DNA of 35,361 nt from Pseudomonadota bacterium (lineage in GTDB: Bacteria > Pseudomonadota > Gammaproteobacteria > Ga0077536): NCBI GenBank assembly GCA_031418675.1, contig JANOXY010000744.1, positions 1 through 35,361 on the forward strand, read 5' to 3'. How positions within the stretch are numbered: position 1 is the stretch's first letter; every line of letters starts with the position of its first letter. The position numbers and the translations under genes are program-made. Below are positions 16,337 through 25,980 of this stretch, one piece after another. The notes beneath the pieces are model-generated. The model made no database searches. It was not told the origin of the DNA and was given only the letters and a program-made list of their open reading frames with translations.

Positions 16337-19139
16337 CGCTGAAGCGGCGATAACGCTCCTGCCAGGCCGAAGGATGGGTGACTTTCACCACCTGGACGGC
16401 GGTGACTTTATATTCCGGGCAATTGGTCGCCCAATCGGAGTGTTCGCTGGTAATCACATTGGCGCCGGATTCCGGAAAGTGAAACGTGGTGTAAACCACG
16501 CCCGGCTGCATCGCATCGCTGACATGGGCACGCAACACGGTGTCGCCCGCCCGACTCTTGATGCCCACCCAATCACCGTCCACCACACCACGGGTTTCCG
16601 CATCATGGGGATGGATCTCAAGGCGGTCTTCCCGATGCCATGCGGTGTTGCTGGTACGACGAGTCTGGGCACCGACGTTGTACTGCGAAAGAATGCGGCC
16701 GGTGGTGAGGATCAAGGGATACTTGTCATTGCTGCGCTCATGGCTGGGCACATAGGGTGTCAACATGAAACGACCCAGACCACGGGTGAAGGTCTCTTCG
16801 TGCATGGTGGGCGTTCCATCGGGCACCTGCTCGTTGCACGGCCACTGGATACTGCCCAATTGATCGATGCGCGCAAAACTGACACCGGTAAAGGTTGGGG
16901 TGAGGCGCGCGATCTCGTCCATGATCTGGGACGGATGGTCATAGTCCATGGTGTAACCAAGCGCGGCCGACAGCATCAGCGTCGCTTCCCAATCCGCCTT
17001 GCCACCGAGTGGTGGCATCACCCGCCGCACCCGCGAGATGCGCCGCTCGGCATTGGTGAAGGTGCCGTCCTTTTCGAGGAAGGACGAGCCCGGCAGAAAG
17101 ATGTGCGCGAATTTGGCGGTTTCGTTCAGGAACAGGTCCTGCACGATGATGCATTCCATGGCTTCCAGGGCCGCGATCACATGCTGGGTATCGGGATCCG
17201 ATTGTGCGATGTCCTCCCCCTGTATGTAGAGTCCGCGGAAACTGCCATCGAGCGCGGCTTCGAACATGTTGGGAATACGCAAGCCCGGCTCGGCGTCCAG
17301 CGTCACACCCCAGGCCGCTTCAAACAGAATGCGCGTCGCACTATCGGACACGTGACGATAGCCAGGGAACTCGTGGGGAAAAGAGCCCATATCGCAGGAG
17401 CCCTGCACATTGTTCTGTCCACGCAAGGGATTTACCCCAACACCTTCGCGCCCCAGGTTGCCCGTTGCGAGGGCGAGGTTGGCGATGCCCATGACCATAG
17501 TCGAGCCCTGACTGTGCTCAGTCACACCTAACCCGTAATAGATCGCGGCACTACCTGCGGTGGCATAGAGCCGTGCCACGGCGCGCACTTCGGCCGCCGG
17601 CACGCCGGTGATGATTTCCGTTTGTTCAGGTGCGTGTTCCGCAGCGCCGATAAACTTGCGCCACTTTTCGAACGCCACCGGATCACAACGCGCGGCGACA
17701 AAATCATGATCGATGAGGTCCTCGACCACGATGACGTGGGCAATGGCATTGATCAATGCAACATTGGTACCCGGTTTTAACTTTAAATGATGGGCCGCTT
17801 CGACATGGGGCATGCGCACGAGGTCGATACCACGCGGATCGATCACCACCAGTTTTGCACCGGCACGCAACCGACGGATCATGCGCGAGGCAAACACCGG
17901 ATGACCATCCGTCGGGTTGGCACCGATCACCACGATCACATCGGCATAGGCCACCGAATCAAAAGCCTGGGTGCCGGCCGATTCACCCAGGGTCTGTTTT
18001 AAACCATAGCCGGTGGGTGAATGGCAGACACGCGCGCAGGTATCGACATTGTTATTACCGAAGGCCGCACGCACGAGTTTCTGCACCAGATAGGTTTCTT
18101 CATTGGTACAGCGAGATGAAGTAATGCCACCAACCGCATCCTTGCCGTACTTGGCCTGGATGCGCTTGAGCTCGCTCGCCGCGTGCGCAATGGCTTCTTG
18201 CCACGACACTTCGCGCCAGGGTTCATGGATGCTGGCGCGGATCATGGGTGAGGTGATGCGATCGGGATGGGTTGCATAACCAAACGCAAAACGCCCCTTC
18301 ACGCAGGCGTGACCATGATTAGCCTGGCCATCCTGGTTGGGCACCATGCGTATTACTTCGGCACCCTTCATCTCGGCGCGGAAAGAACAACCGACCCCGC
18401 AATAGGCGCAGGTGGTGATGACACTGTGTTCCGGCTGGCCGCGCTCGATGATGGATTTTTCACTTAAGGTGGCGGTTGGGCAGGCCTGCACACAGGCGCC
18501 GCAGGACACACACTCGGAACTCATGAAGTCCTGCTCCAAGCCGGCACTGACGTGGGAATCAAAACCGCGGCCACTGATGGTCAGCGCAAACGTGCCCTGC
18601 ACTTCATCGCAGGCCCGTACGCAGCGCGAACAGACAATGCACTTGCTGGGGTCGAAAGTGAAATAAGGATTGCTCTCGTCTTTGGCTTGCTCGCAATGGT
18701 TCTCACCGGCATAACCGTAACGCACTTCACGTAAACCGACGGCGCCGGCCATGTCCTGCAATTCACAATGACCGTTGGCCGGGCAAGTTAAACAATCGAG
18801 CGGATGATCGGAGATGTAGAGCTCCATCACGTTACGGCGCAAGTCGGCCAGACGATCGTTCTGGGTGGTGACCTGCATGCCCTGGCTGGCGGGTGTGGTG
18901 CATGACGCGGGTGTGCCCTTCATGCCTTCCACCTGCACCAGGCATAAACGACACGAACCAAACGGCTCGAGACTATCGGTCGCACACAGTTTGGGTACGG
19001 CGATGCCGGCCAGGGCTGCTGCCCGCATCAGTGAAGTACCGGCCGGCACCGTCACTTGATGACCGTCGATGGTGAGGCTCACGCTGTCGGCGTTATTGAC
19101 CGCCGGCGTGCCGAGATCGGTTTCGTCGATTGATCGCAT
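16290..19139 (-). CDS. fdsA: NAD-dependent formate dehydrogenase alpha subunit (Mo-bisMGD with a NuoG-like Fe-S N-terminus)
   Basis: Cys clusters CATDSLEPFGSCRLC, CIVCSRCVRAC, CVSCGACVQACP and CAYCGVGC, followed by a MopB catalytic domain. It is a continuous ORF with no in-frame TGA, so it is the Cys-type rather than the Sec-type. Confidence 0.9.
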   Translation of the reverse strand: MRSIDETDLGTPAVNNADSVSLTIDGHQVTVPAGTSLMRAAALAGIAVPKLCATDSLEPFGSCRLCLVQVEGMKGTPASCTTPASQGMQVTTQNDRLADLRRNVMELYISDHPLDCLTCPANGHCELQDMAGAVGLREVRYGYAGENHCEQAKDESNPYFTFDPSKCIVCSRCVRACDEVQGTFALTISGRGFDSHVSAGLEQDFMSSECVSCGACVQACPTATLSEKSIIERGQPEHSVITTCAYCGVGCSFRAEMKGAEVIRMVPNQDGQANHGHACVKGRFAFGYATHPDRITSPMIRASIHEPWREVSWQEAIAHAASELKRIQAKYGKDAVGGITSSRCTNEETYLVQKLVRAAFGNNNVDTCARVCHSPTGYGLKQTLGESAGTQAFDSVAYADVIVVIGANPTDGHPVFASRMIRRLRAGAKLVVIDPRGIDLVRMPHVEAAHHLKLKPGTNVALINAIAHVIVVEDLIDHDFVAARCDPVAFEKWRKFIGAAEHAPEQTEIITGVPAAEVRAVARLYATAGSAAIYYGLGVTEHSQGSTMVMGIANLALATGNLGREGVGVNPLRGQNNVQGSCDMGSFPHEFPGYRHVSDSATRILFEAAWGVTLDAEPGLRIPNMFEAALDGSFRGLYIQGEDIAQSDPDTQHVIAALEAMECIIVQDLFLNETAKFAHIFLPGSSFLEKDGTFTNAERRISRVRRVMPPLGGKADWEATLMLSAALGYTMDYDHPSQIMDEIARLTPTFTGVSFARIDQLGSIQWPCNEQVPDGTPTMHEETFTRGLGRFMLTPYVPSHERSNDKYPLILTTGRILSQYNVGAQTRRTSNTAWHREDRLEIHPHDAETRGVVDGDWVGIKSRAGDTVLRAHVSDAMQPGVVYTTFHFPESGANVITSEHSDWATNCPEYKVTAVQVVKVTHPSAWQERYRRFSDEQKKFLEERSSLTR

Positions 19140-19160
19140 TGTCCGTGCTCCGTCTGTGGC

Positions 19161-20714
19161 TCAGGCCGCGTCGCGACCGGCGCGCACAAAATCTTCGGGA
19201 AAATGTTCCAGGGCCGAGAGCACTGGAAAGGGCGCCATGCCGCCCAGGGCACATAAAGAGGCACTGATCATGGTGTCGCACAGGTCGCGCAGGGTGGCGA
19301 GGTTACGGGTCACCTCGCGGCCCGCGATGATGTGATCGATAAGCTCACGTCCACGTACCGAGCCAATTCGACAGGGCGTGCACTTACCGCAAGATTCAAT
19401 CGCGCAGAATTCCATGGCGAAGCGCGCCATCGCCGCCATGTCGACGCTGTCGTCAAACACCACCACACCGCCGTGACCGAGCATGGCGTGGCGTGCGGTG
19501 AAAGATTCATAGTCCAGTGGCGTATCAAAATGTGCACGGGGCAGATAAGCACCCAGTGGTCCCCCGACCTGGGCGGTGCGCACCGGCCGTCCGCTGGCAC
19601 TGCCGCCGCCCCAGTCGAAGATCAATTCGGCCAGGGTCAGACCAAACGCCTTCTCGATCAGCCCGCCGTATTTCACATTGCCGGCCAGTTGAAACGGCTG
19701 GGTGCCACGTGAGCGACCGCGCCCGTATTCAGCGTAGAACTGTGCGCCGTGCTGAAGGATGACCGGCACCGTTGCCAGGGACAGCACGTTGTTGACCACC
19801 GTCGGCTGACCGAACAAACCCTTGTGAGCCGGCAGGGGCGGTTTGAAGCGGATCTGACCACGTTTGCCTTCCAGGCTTTCCAGCAGCGAGGTTTCTTCGC
19901 CGCAGATATAAGCACCGGCGCCGCGCCGTACTTCGAGATTGAAGGTGTGACCACTGCCGAGGATGTTGGTGCCGAGATAGCCGGCAGCGCTTGCGATTTC
20001 GATGGCACATCGCAAGCTGCGCTCGGCGTGGGGATATTCGCTGCGAATGTAGATGTAGCCTTGGCTGGCACCGACCGCGAGGGCCGCGATGGTCATGCCC
20101 TCGATCAAGAGCAAGGGGTCACCCTCCATCAACATGCGATCGGCAAAGGTGCCGGAATCACCTTCGTCGGCATTGCACACGATGTATTTTTGCGCAGCGT
20201 CTGTATCGGCCACGGTCTTCCACTTAATGCCGGTCGGGAAAGCCGCGCCACCACGACCACGCAGGCCACTATCGGTCACCGCTTTCACAATGCCAGCGGG
20301 TCCGATTTCAAGCGCGCGCTCCAGCCCGGCGTAACCGTCGTGGGCGAGGTAATCATGCAAAGACAAAGGATCGATCACGCCCACGCGGCGAAAGGTCAGT
20401 CGTTCCTGATGGCGCAGCCAGGCGAGGTCCGCCGTCGCGCCCAGTGCCAATACATGCTTGCCACCGCGCAGGAAATCCGCGTCGAACAGGCTGGCGACGT
20501 CACGCGCCTGCACCGGGCCATAGGCCACACGTTGACCATCCACTAGCACTTCAACCAGCGGTTCCAGCCAGTACAGTCCACGCGAACCGTTGCGCACCAC
20601 CTGGATGTCAAGATTGCGGGCACGGGCTTCGGCCGTGATGGCCTGGGCCACGGCTTGCGCACCCACGGCGAGCGCGCCGGCATCGGCCGGCACATAAACA
20701 GTGACAGCGCTCAT
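19161..20714 (-). CDS. fdsB: NAD-dependent formate dehydrogenase beta subunit (NuoF-like, FMN/NAD-binding)
   Basis: GRGGAAFPTGIKW and ESCGKCTPCR motifs. I chose the ATG at 20714 (MSAVTVYVP..), which overlaps the fdsG TGA as ATGA. The ORF-track extension to 20948 is an Arg/Ser-rich out-of-frame read through fdsG. Confidence 0.9.
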   Translation of the reverse strand: MSAVTVYVPADAGALAVGAQAVAQAITAEARARNLDIQVVRNGSRGLYWLEPLVEVLVDGQRVAYGPVQARDVASLFDADFLRGGKHVLALGATADLAWLRHQERLTFRRVGVIDPLSLHDYLAHDGYAGLERALEIGPAGIVKAVTDSGLRGRGGAAFPTGIKWKTVADTDAAQKYIVCNADEGDSGTFADRMLMEGDPLLLIEGMTIAALAVGASQGYIYIRSEYPHAERSLRCAIEIASAAGYLGTNILGSGHTFNLEVRRGAGAYICGEETSLLESLEGKRGQIRFKPPLPAHKGLFGQPTVVNNVLSLATVPVILQHGAQFYAEYGRGRSRGTQPFQLAGNVKYGGLIEKAFGLTLAELIFDWGGGSASGRPVRTAQVGGPLGAYLPRAHFDTPLDYESFTARHAMLGHGGVVVFDDSVDMAAMARFAMEFCAIESCGKCTPCRIGSVRGRELIDHIIAGREVTRNLATLRDLCDTMISASLCALGGMAPFPVLSALEHFPEDFVRAGRDAA

Positions 20715-21190
20715 GGCGCTGCCTCCACCTCGCGCAGCAGCGCTTCGAGACGCGCCAGATCGAGACGGCCGTACAGATGGCCATCGATCATCGCAGCCGG
20801 CGCGCAGGCACAGGCACCAAAACAATAGGCGGCTTCGAAGTTGATGCCGTCGCTGGTTTGATCTTGCTCGGCGCTGAGTCCCAGACGCTCGCGTATACCT
20901 GCTTCCAAGGCCGCGCCACCCATGGACTGACAAGCTTCTGCGCGACACAAGCGCAGCACTCGCCGCGCGGGCGGCGTGCGTTTGAAGTCGTGATAAAAGC
21001 TGAGCACGCCGTGCACGTCGGCGCGCGATAGATTGAGATGGTGGGCAATGGGATCAACGCACGCGTCGGGTATAAAACCCAACGCCTCCTGAATAGCATG
21101 CAGGACCGGCAGCAGTGCACCAGGCGCAGAACCGTGATCGGCCAGGGCGCGGGTCGTGGCTTGCTGCCGCTCCAGTTCAGAAACGGTCAT
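20711..21190 (-). CDS. fdsG: NAD-dependent formate dehydrogenase gamma subunit (NuoE-like 2Fe-2S)
   Basis: LLPVLHAIQEALGFIP, CRAEACQSMG and CFGACACAP motifs. It is the first gene of the operon. Confidence 0.9.
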   Translation of the reverse strand: MTVSELERQQATTRALADHGSAPGALLPVLHAIQEALGFIPDACVDPIAHHLNLSRADVHGVLSFYHDFKRTPPARRVLRLCRAEACQSMGGAALEAGIRERLGLSAEQDQTSDGINFEAAYCFGACACAPAAMIDGHLYGRLDLARLEALLREVEAAP

Positions 21191-21495
21191 GCAGTTCTCC
21201 GACGAACCCCATCGACGCCATCGCCGTCCGACGGATTCTGATTATCTCAAGGTCGAATAGCTCGGCGCTGACGCGGCGCGTCGTGCAAGGTTAGCGTCGA
21301 ACAATCACCTTGAATGGTAGCACGCCGATCCTGAGCTCGCGGCGTCTATCGCCGCGCGTCGGCCTGGTGGCGCGCGCGCAGCCAGGAATTACGCGGTGGT
21401 CTGTCCACTACGAAGCCTGGGAGCGGCTATGCTACTGCCGCGATCAGGCGCTGTTGCACGGCGCAAACTCACCATAAGAATGAAGGAGAGGGGAC

Positions 21496-23580
21496 ATGCG
21501 AGCGAGTATCCTGAGTTGGCTGTTTTCACTGTTGCTGCTGAGCTGCGGTGCACAAGCGGCGGACACCGTGGTCGACGACGCCTATCTCGCAAACGGTGGT
21601 GATGGCAGCAACTGGCCGGCCTATGGCCGCACCTCCACCGAGCAGCGCTACAGCCCGCTCGATCAGATCAATGCCGGCAACGTCAAGCAGCTCGGCATCC
21701 AGTGGGTGCTGGATCTGCCCAATGAGCGTTCGCTGATCGCCACGCCCCTGGTGGTCGACGGCGTGCTGTATTTCACCGCGAGCTACAGCCGCACCTACGC
21801 GGTCGACGCGCGCAGCGGCAAGGTGCTTTGGGAGTTCGACCCGAAAGTCATCGAACGCGCCGGTGATCGTCTGCGCATCATGTGGGACATCAACCGCGGC
21901 CCGGCCTACTACAAGGGCAAGGTCATCATCTCCACCGTCGACGGCCGGCTGGTGGCGATCGACGCCAAAAACGGTCAGCAGTTGTGGGAGACCATGACGG
22001 TCGACCCGCGCAAGTCCTATTACGTGAACGGCGCACCCAAGGTATTCCGCGACAAGGTCATCATCGGCAACGGCGGCACCGAGCACGAAGCGGCCCGCGG
22101 TTACGTCACCGCCTACGACGTCAACACTGGCAAACAGGCCTGGCGCTTTTACATCGTGCCGGGCAACCCGGCCGACGGTTTCGAGAGCAAGGCGATGGAG
22201 ATGGCGGCCAAAACCTGGAACGGTGAATGGTGGAAACATGGGGGTGGTGGCAACACCTGGAACGGCATGACCTATGACGCCGAGTTCAACCAGGTACTGA
22301 TCGGCACCGGCAACGGCTCGCCGTGGAACCAGAAGATCCGAAGCCCGGGCGGCGGCGACAATCTGTTTCTCTGTTCCATCGTGGCGGTCGACGCCGACAC
22401 CGGTGAGTACAAGTGGCACTACCAGACCAACCCCGGCGAAACCTGGGACTACAACGCCAATATGGACATCGTGCTGGCCGACGTGAAATTAGGCGGCCAG
22501 ACCGTGAAGGCGCTGTTGCAGGCGCCCAAAAACGGCTTCTTCTACATCATCAACCGCGCCAATGGTGAACTGCTGTCGGCGGAGAAATTTGGCAAGGCGA
22601 CCTGGGCCGAACGCATCGATCTCAAGACCGGCCGCCCGGTGGAGGTAAAGGGCGCGCGTTACGAGGACGGTGAAGAAGTGGTGTGGCCCGGCCCCTGGGG
22701 TGCGCACAACTGGCACGCGATGTCCTACAACCCCGACACCGGCCTGGTTTACATCCCGGCCTTCGACATGCCGGGTGCCTACAAGGACAAGGGTATGGAC
22801 ATGGCCGGCTGGCAGTCACCCCATTTCCGCGTTGATCCCGGTGTCGAGTTCAGCGGTGAGGATGCACCCGCCGACATCGCCCAGGCCCGTCTGCTCGCCT
22901 GGGATCCGCTCAAACAGCGCAAAGCCTGGTCCCACGATCTGCCGCCGATGTGGAATGCCGGCACCATGACCACCAAGGGCAATCTGGTATTCCAGGGACG
23001 AGCCGATGGCGCGTTCGTGGCCTATGACGCAGCCAAGGGCACGGTGCTGTGGTCGATAAAGATGGGGTCGGGGATCTCGTCGGCGCCCGTCACCTATACG
23101 GTCGATGGCAAGCAGTACGTCTCGCTGCTGGTGGGTTGGGGCGGTGGCGGCACCATCCTGGGATCTCTGGCTGCGCAGCACGGCTGGAAGTACCGCGTGC
23201 ACCCGCGCCGGCTCTACACCTTTGCCCTGGACGGCAAAACCCCAGTGCCACCTTCTCCGCCACCGGCCATGGCCCAAGTCCTGGACCTGCCGGCCTTTAA
23301 GATCGACAGCGCGCTCGCCGAACACGGCCGCAAGCTATATGCCGGCGTCTGCCTCTACTGCCACGGTGCCGGCATGGTGTCCGGCGGTACGGCACCGGAT
23401 CTGCGCGAGTCGCCCATTGCCAGCGATCGCGAAGCATTCAAGAACGTGGTGCAAAACGGTGCCCTGGTCATGAACGGCATGCCGCAGTTCAAGGAGCTGC
23501 AGGATCGGGACATCGATGCTTTGCTGCACTTCATTCGGCTGCGCGCGCGCGAGTCCAAGCCCGCCATCGCGGCGAAATAA
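21496..23580 (+). CDS. PQQ-dependent quinohaemoprotein alcohol dehydrogenase (type II ADH-like, with a C-terminal cytochrome c domain)
   Basis: Signal peptide ..LLLLSCGAQA/AD. Strong resemblance to qhEDH/ADH-IIB blocks (WPAYGRT..QRYSPL, VIIGNGG, RGYVTAYDVNTGK, SPGGGDNLF, APKNGFFYI, GAHNWH). C-terminal haem c site CLYCHG. An AAGGAGAG Shine-Dalgarno is present. Confidence 0.9.
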   Translation: MRASILSWLFSLLLLSCGAQAADTVVDDAYLANGGDGSNWPAYGRTSTEQRYSPLDQINAGNVKQLGIQWVLDLPNERSLIATPLVVDGVLYFTASYSRTYAVDARSGKVLWEFDPKVIERAGDRLRIMWDINRGPAYYKGKVIISTVDGRLVAIDAKNGQQLWETMTVDPRKSYYVNGAPKVFRDKVIIGNGGTEHEAARGYVTAYDVNTGKQAWRFYIVPGNPADGFESKAMEMAAKTWNGEWWKHGGGGNTWNGMTYDAEFNQVLIGTGNGSPWNQKIRSPGGGDNLFLCSIVAVDADTGEYKWHYQTNPGETWDYNANMDIVLADVKLGGQTVKALLQAPKNGFFYIINRANGELLSAEKFGKATWAERIDLKTGRPVEVKGARYEDGEEVVWPGPWGAHNWHAMSYNPDTGLVYIPAFDMPGAYKDKGMDMAGWQSPHFRVDPGVEFSGEDAPADIAQARLLAWDPLKQRKAWSHDLPPMWNAGTMTTKGNLVFQGRADGAFVAYDAAKGTVLWSIKMGSGISSAPVTYTVDGKQYVSLLVGWGGGGTILGSLAAQHGWKYRVHPRRLYTFALDGKTPVPPSPPPAMAQVLDLPAFKIDSALAEHGRKLYAGVCLYCHGAGMVSGGTAPDLRESPIASDREAFKNVVQNGALVMNGMPQFKELQDRDIDALLHFIRLRARESKPAIAAK

Positions 23581-23588
23581 GGTGGGCC

Positions 23589-23612
23589 CCGGGACGGCAC
23601 TGGCCGTCCCGG
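23589..23612. terminator. Hairpin between convergent genes (candidate bidirectional terminator)
   Basis: CCGGGACGG-cactgg-CCGTCCCGG forms a 9-bp GC stem, located between the ADH stop (23580) and the TrpB2 stop (23627). Confidence 0.4.
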
Positions 23613-23626
23613 CGATCCGTCGTGGC

Positions 23627-24988
23627 TCAAGCCACTTCGGGCACCGCGCGCATCGCTGCGGCGATGGCCGCTTCCGATAACTCGAGATCGACCATCTCGC
23701 CGCGCAGATACTTGTCGTAGGCGGCGAGATCCAGGTGCCCGTGGCCGCACAAAGCCGTGAGGATGACGCGCGACTCACCACTTTCCCGACAGACCAGGGC
23801 CTCACGCACGGCTGCCGCGATGGCGTGGGTCGGTTCCGGGGCCGGCACGATGCCTTCGCTGCGGGCAAACTGCAGCGCACGCGCAAAACATTCCCGCTGC
23901 GGGATCGCGATCGCTTCCACCAGACCCAGCGCATAAACATGGGAGACCAGTGGTGCCATGCCGTGGTACCGCAGACCGCCGGCATGAATGGCCTCGGGAA
24001 TAAAACCATGGCCGAGCGTATGCATCTTCATCAATGGCGTGAGGCCGGCGGTGTCACCGAAGTCGTAACGATACTGACCCTTGGTCAGACTCGGACAAGC
24101 CGCGGGCTCGACAGCGCGGATGACGGTCTTGATGCGACCGGCCAGCTTCTCCCGCAGGAAGGGAAAGGCCAGGCCGCCAAAGTTCGAGCCGCCGCCGGTA
24201 CAGGCCACCAGCACGTCGGGGGTTTCGCCGATTTTTGCGAGCTGCAGCAAAGTCTCTTCGCCGATGATGGTCTGGTGCAGCAACACGTGATTCAGCACGC
24301 TGCCCAGGGTGTAACGCGCATGGGGATCGGCGGCGGCTTCTATTACCGCCTCCGAAATGGCGATGCCCAGCGAGCCCGGGTGATCGGGATCACTCGCCAG
24401 CAGCTCGCGCCCGAAGGCGGTGCGATCCGAGGGGCTGGAATACACCTTGCCACCCCATAACTCCATCATCGTGCGGCGCTGGGGCTTGGCCCGATAGGAG
24501 GCCGCCACCTGCCAGATCTCGCAGTCCAGCCCGAACTGCGCACAGGCAAAAGCCAGCGCGCTGCCCCATTGGCCTGCCCCGGTTTCGGTGGTGAGCCGGC
24601 GCACACCTTCCTGGGCGTTGTACCAGACCTGTGGCACGGCGGTATTGGGTTTGTGTGAGCCCGCCGGGCTGACGCCTTCGTACTTGTAGTAAATGCGTGC
24701 CGGGGTATCGAGCAGCTTCTCGAGCCGGTGCGCGCGGAACAGCGGGCTGGGGCGCCACAGTCGATAAACATCCAGCACCGCGCCGGGAATGTCGATGTAG
24801 CGCGCGGTGCTCATTTCCTGCTCGATGAGCGCACGCGGAAAAATCGCCGCGAAGTCGTCCGCCACCGCCGGCTGATGGGTGCCCGGATGCAGAGGCGGCG
24901 GCGGTGGTACCGGCAGATCCGGCACGATGTTGTACCAGCGCGTGGGCATGTCCCGCTCGTCCAGCAGGATCTTGGTCTGTGTGCTCAT
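23627..24988 (-). CDS. TrpB-like PLP-dependent enzyme (tryptophan synthase beta-like, TrpB2 class)
   Basis: N-terminus [20 protein letters not shown]-lysine context [11 protein letters not shown], and the GGGSNFGG loop. About 450 aa, typical of TrpB2. No other trp genes are nearby. Confidence 0.85.
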   Translation of the reverse strand: MSTQTKILLDERDMPTRWYNIVPDLPVPPPPPLHPGTHQPAVADDFAAIFPRALIEQEMSTARYIDIPGAVLDVYRLWRPSPLFRAHRLEKLLDTPARIYYKYEGVSPAGSHKPNTAVPQVWYNAQEGVRRLTTETGAGQWGSALAFACAQFGLDCEIWQVAASYRAKPQRRTMMELWGGKVYSSPSDRTAFGRELLASDPDHPGSLGIAISEAVIEAAADPHARYTLGSVLNHVLLHQTIIGEETLLQLAKIGETPDVLVACTGGGSNFGGLAFPFLREKLAGRIKTVIRAVEPAACPSLTKGQYRYDFGDTAGLTPLMKMHTLGHGFIPEAIHAGGLRYHGMAPLVSHVYALGLVEAIAIPQRECFARALQFARSEGIVPAPEPTHAIAAAVREALVCRESGESRVILTALCGHGHLDLAAYDKYLRGEMVDLELSEAAIAAAMRAVPEVA

Positions 24989-25195
24989 GGCTTCGGGCTC
25001 CGCAGGGAAATTTCAGGGGACTGCCGCAGCCGATGATAGGGGGTGGTCACGCAAACCAGAAGCCCGCGCGCACAGCCGAGTCCGCAACGGGCCGCTGGGA
25101 AATTGATGCGGATGGTGCGCGCTGGCGGGACGCACCCGCGCCGTCGTGCATCACCTGGCTGCTAGACTCGCAGCCCCACACCCGGAGTATTGGCC

Positions 25196-25822
25196 ATGGC
25201 CCGCGTTGCAATCGTTCAGACGGATGTCATCGATGATCCCGTCATCCAGGAAATCTTCGACTGGGTGAGCACGGTCGAAGGTGCGGTGCCCAATCACTTC
25301 CGCATCGAAATGAACTTCCCGGAACTGCTCAAGGCCAAGCTCGGCACAACACGGGTGTTATGGCAGATGGGTGAGTTGAACCTGGACGAGGTGCAGCACG
25401 TCGGCATCCTCGTATCGCGCGCCAACGGCTGTCCCTATTGCACCGCCGCGTTCTGCACCATTCTCAACTATGGCCTGGGCAGCGCCGAGGACTATGTGCG
25501 GACTCTGGCCGCCGAGGGTCTGGATGCAATCACCACGCCGCGCCTGCGAACGCTGCTGGCGTTTGCGCTGCGCGTCAACGCCGACGCACGTGGTATCACC
25601 GATGCCGACGTTGATGGTCTGCGCGCGGTGGGCTTGAGCGACAAGGGTATCGTGCAACTCATCCACCTCGTGTCCGACTTTGCCTCCTACAATCGTCTCA
25701 ACCTAGCGGTGGCCACCGATTACGACTACCGCGACATGTGGCGCACACTGGCCTTCAACTGGCAGCCCGGCAGCGGCGAACCACCGGGCGACAATACACG
25801 CGGTCTGCCGCGACAGGCTTGA
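25196..25822 (+). CDS. Carboxymuconolactone decarboxylase / AhpD-like family protein
   Basis: CxxC core VSRANGCPYCTAAFC. The ATG at 25196 is preceded by GGAG; the track start at 25190 is a TTG. Confidence 0.7.
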   Translation: MARVAIVQTDVIDDPVIQEIFDWVSTVEGAVPNHFRIEMNFPELLKAKLGTTRVLWQMGELNLDEVQHVGILVSRANGCPYCTAAFCTILNYGLGSAEDYVRTLAAEGLDAITTPRLRTLLAFALRVNADARGITDADVDGLRAVGLSDKGIVQLIHLVSDFASYNRLNLAVATDYDYRDMWRTLAFNWQPGSGEPPGDNTRGLPRQA

Positions 25823-25880
25823 ACACCAACCGCGTGCCGGCCCTGGGTGGGCCGGTTTGTTCAACGGCAGATCACGACCT

Positions 25881-25964
25881 GTAGGTGCGAATTTATTCGC
25901 ACATTCAACCCCGGAATCTCGCTTGGGAGCACACGATCGAATGTGCGAATAAATTCGCACCTAC
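25881..25964. repeat. REP-like element, inverted pair (same family as 15183..15234)
   Basis: GTAGGTGCGAATTTATTCGCACATT (25881..25905, inverted) and AATGTGCGAATAAATTCGCACCTAC (25940..25964, direct) are separated by 34 nt. The pair lies between the convergent CMD and cupin genes. Confidence 0.85.
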
Positions 25965-25980
25965 GCGATGACCGCGACGC

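Noticed and set aside
16206-17531. A 441-aa plus-strand ORF, plus similar long antisense ORFs at 11435..12241, 12728..13462, 19749..20546, 21526..22419, 23735..24460 and 27524..28400
   Set aside because: Each lies opposite a gene with strong family motifs (fdsA, the Mo-oxidoreductase, fdsB, the PQQ-ADH, TrpB2, the RTX protein) and shows the skewed Arg/Gly/His composition of antisense frames.
16290-19139. Possible selenocysteine (TGA recoding) in the formate dehydrogenase alpha subunit
   Set aside because: The ORF is uninterrupted with no in-frame TGA, so this is a Cys-type enzyme.
20715-20948. A 78-codon N-terminal extension of fdsB in the ORF track
   Set aside because: The extension is Arg/Ser-rich and runs out of frame through the 3' end of fdsG. 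The ATG at 20714, overlapping the fdsG stop (ATGA), gives a normal NuoF-like N-terminus.
15183-25964. The REP-bracketed 10.7-kb block as a mobile or genomic island
   Set aside because: I could detect no integrase, transposase, tRNA target, direct target duplications or compositional break. The content is housekeeping-type redox metabolism.
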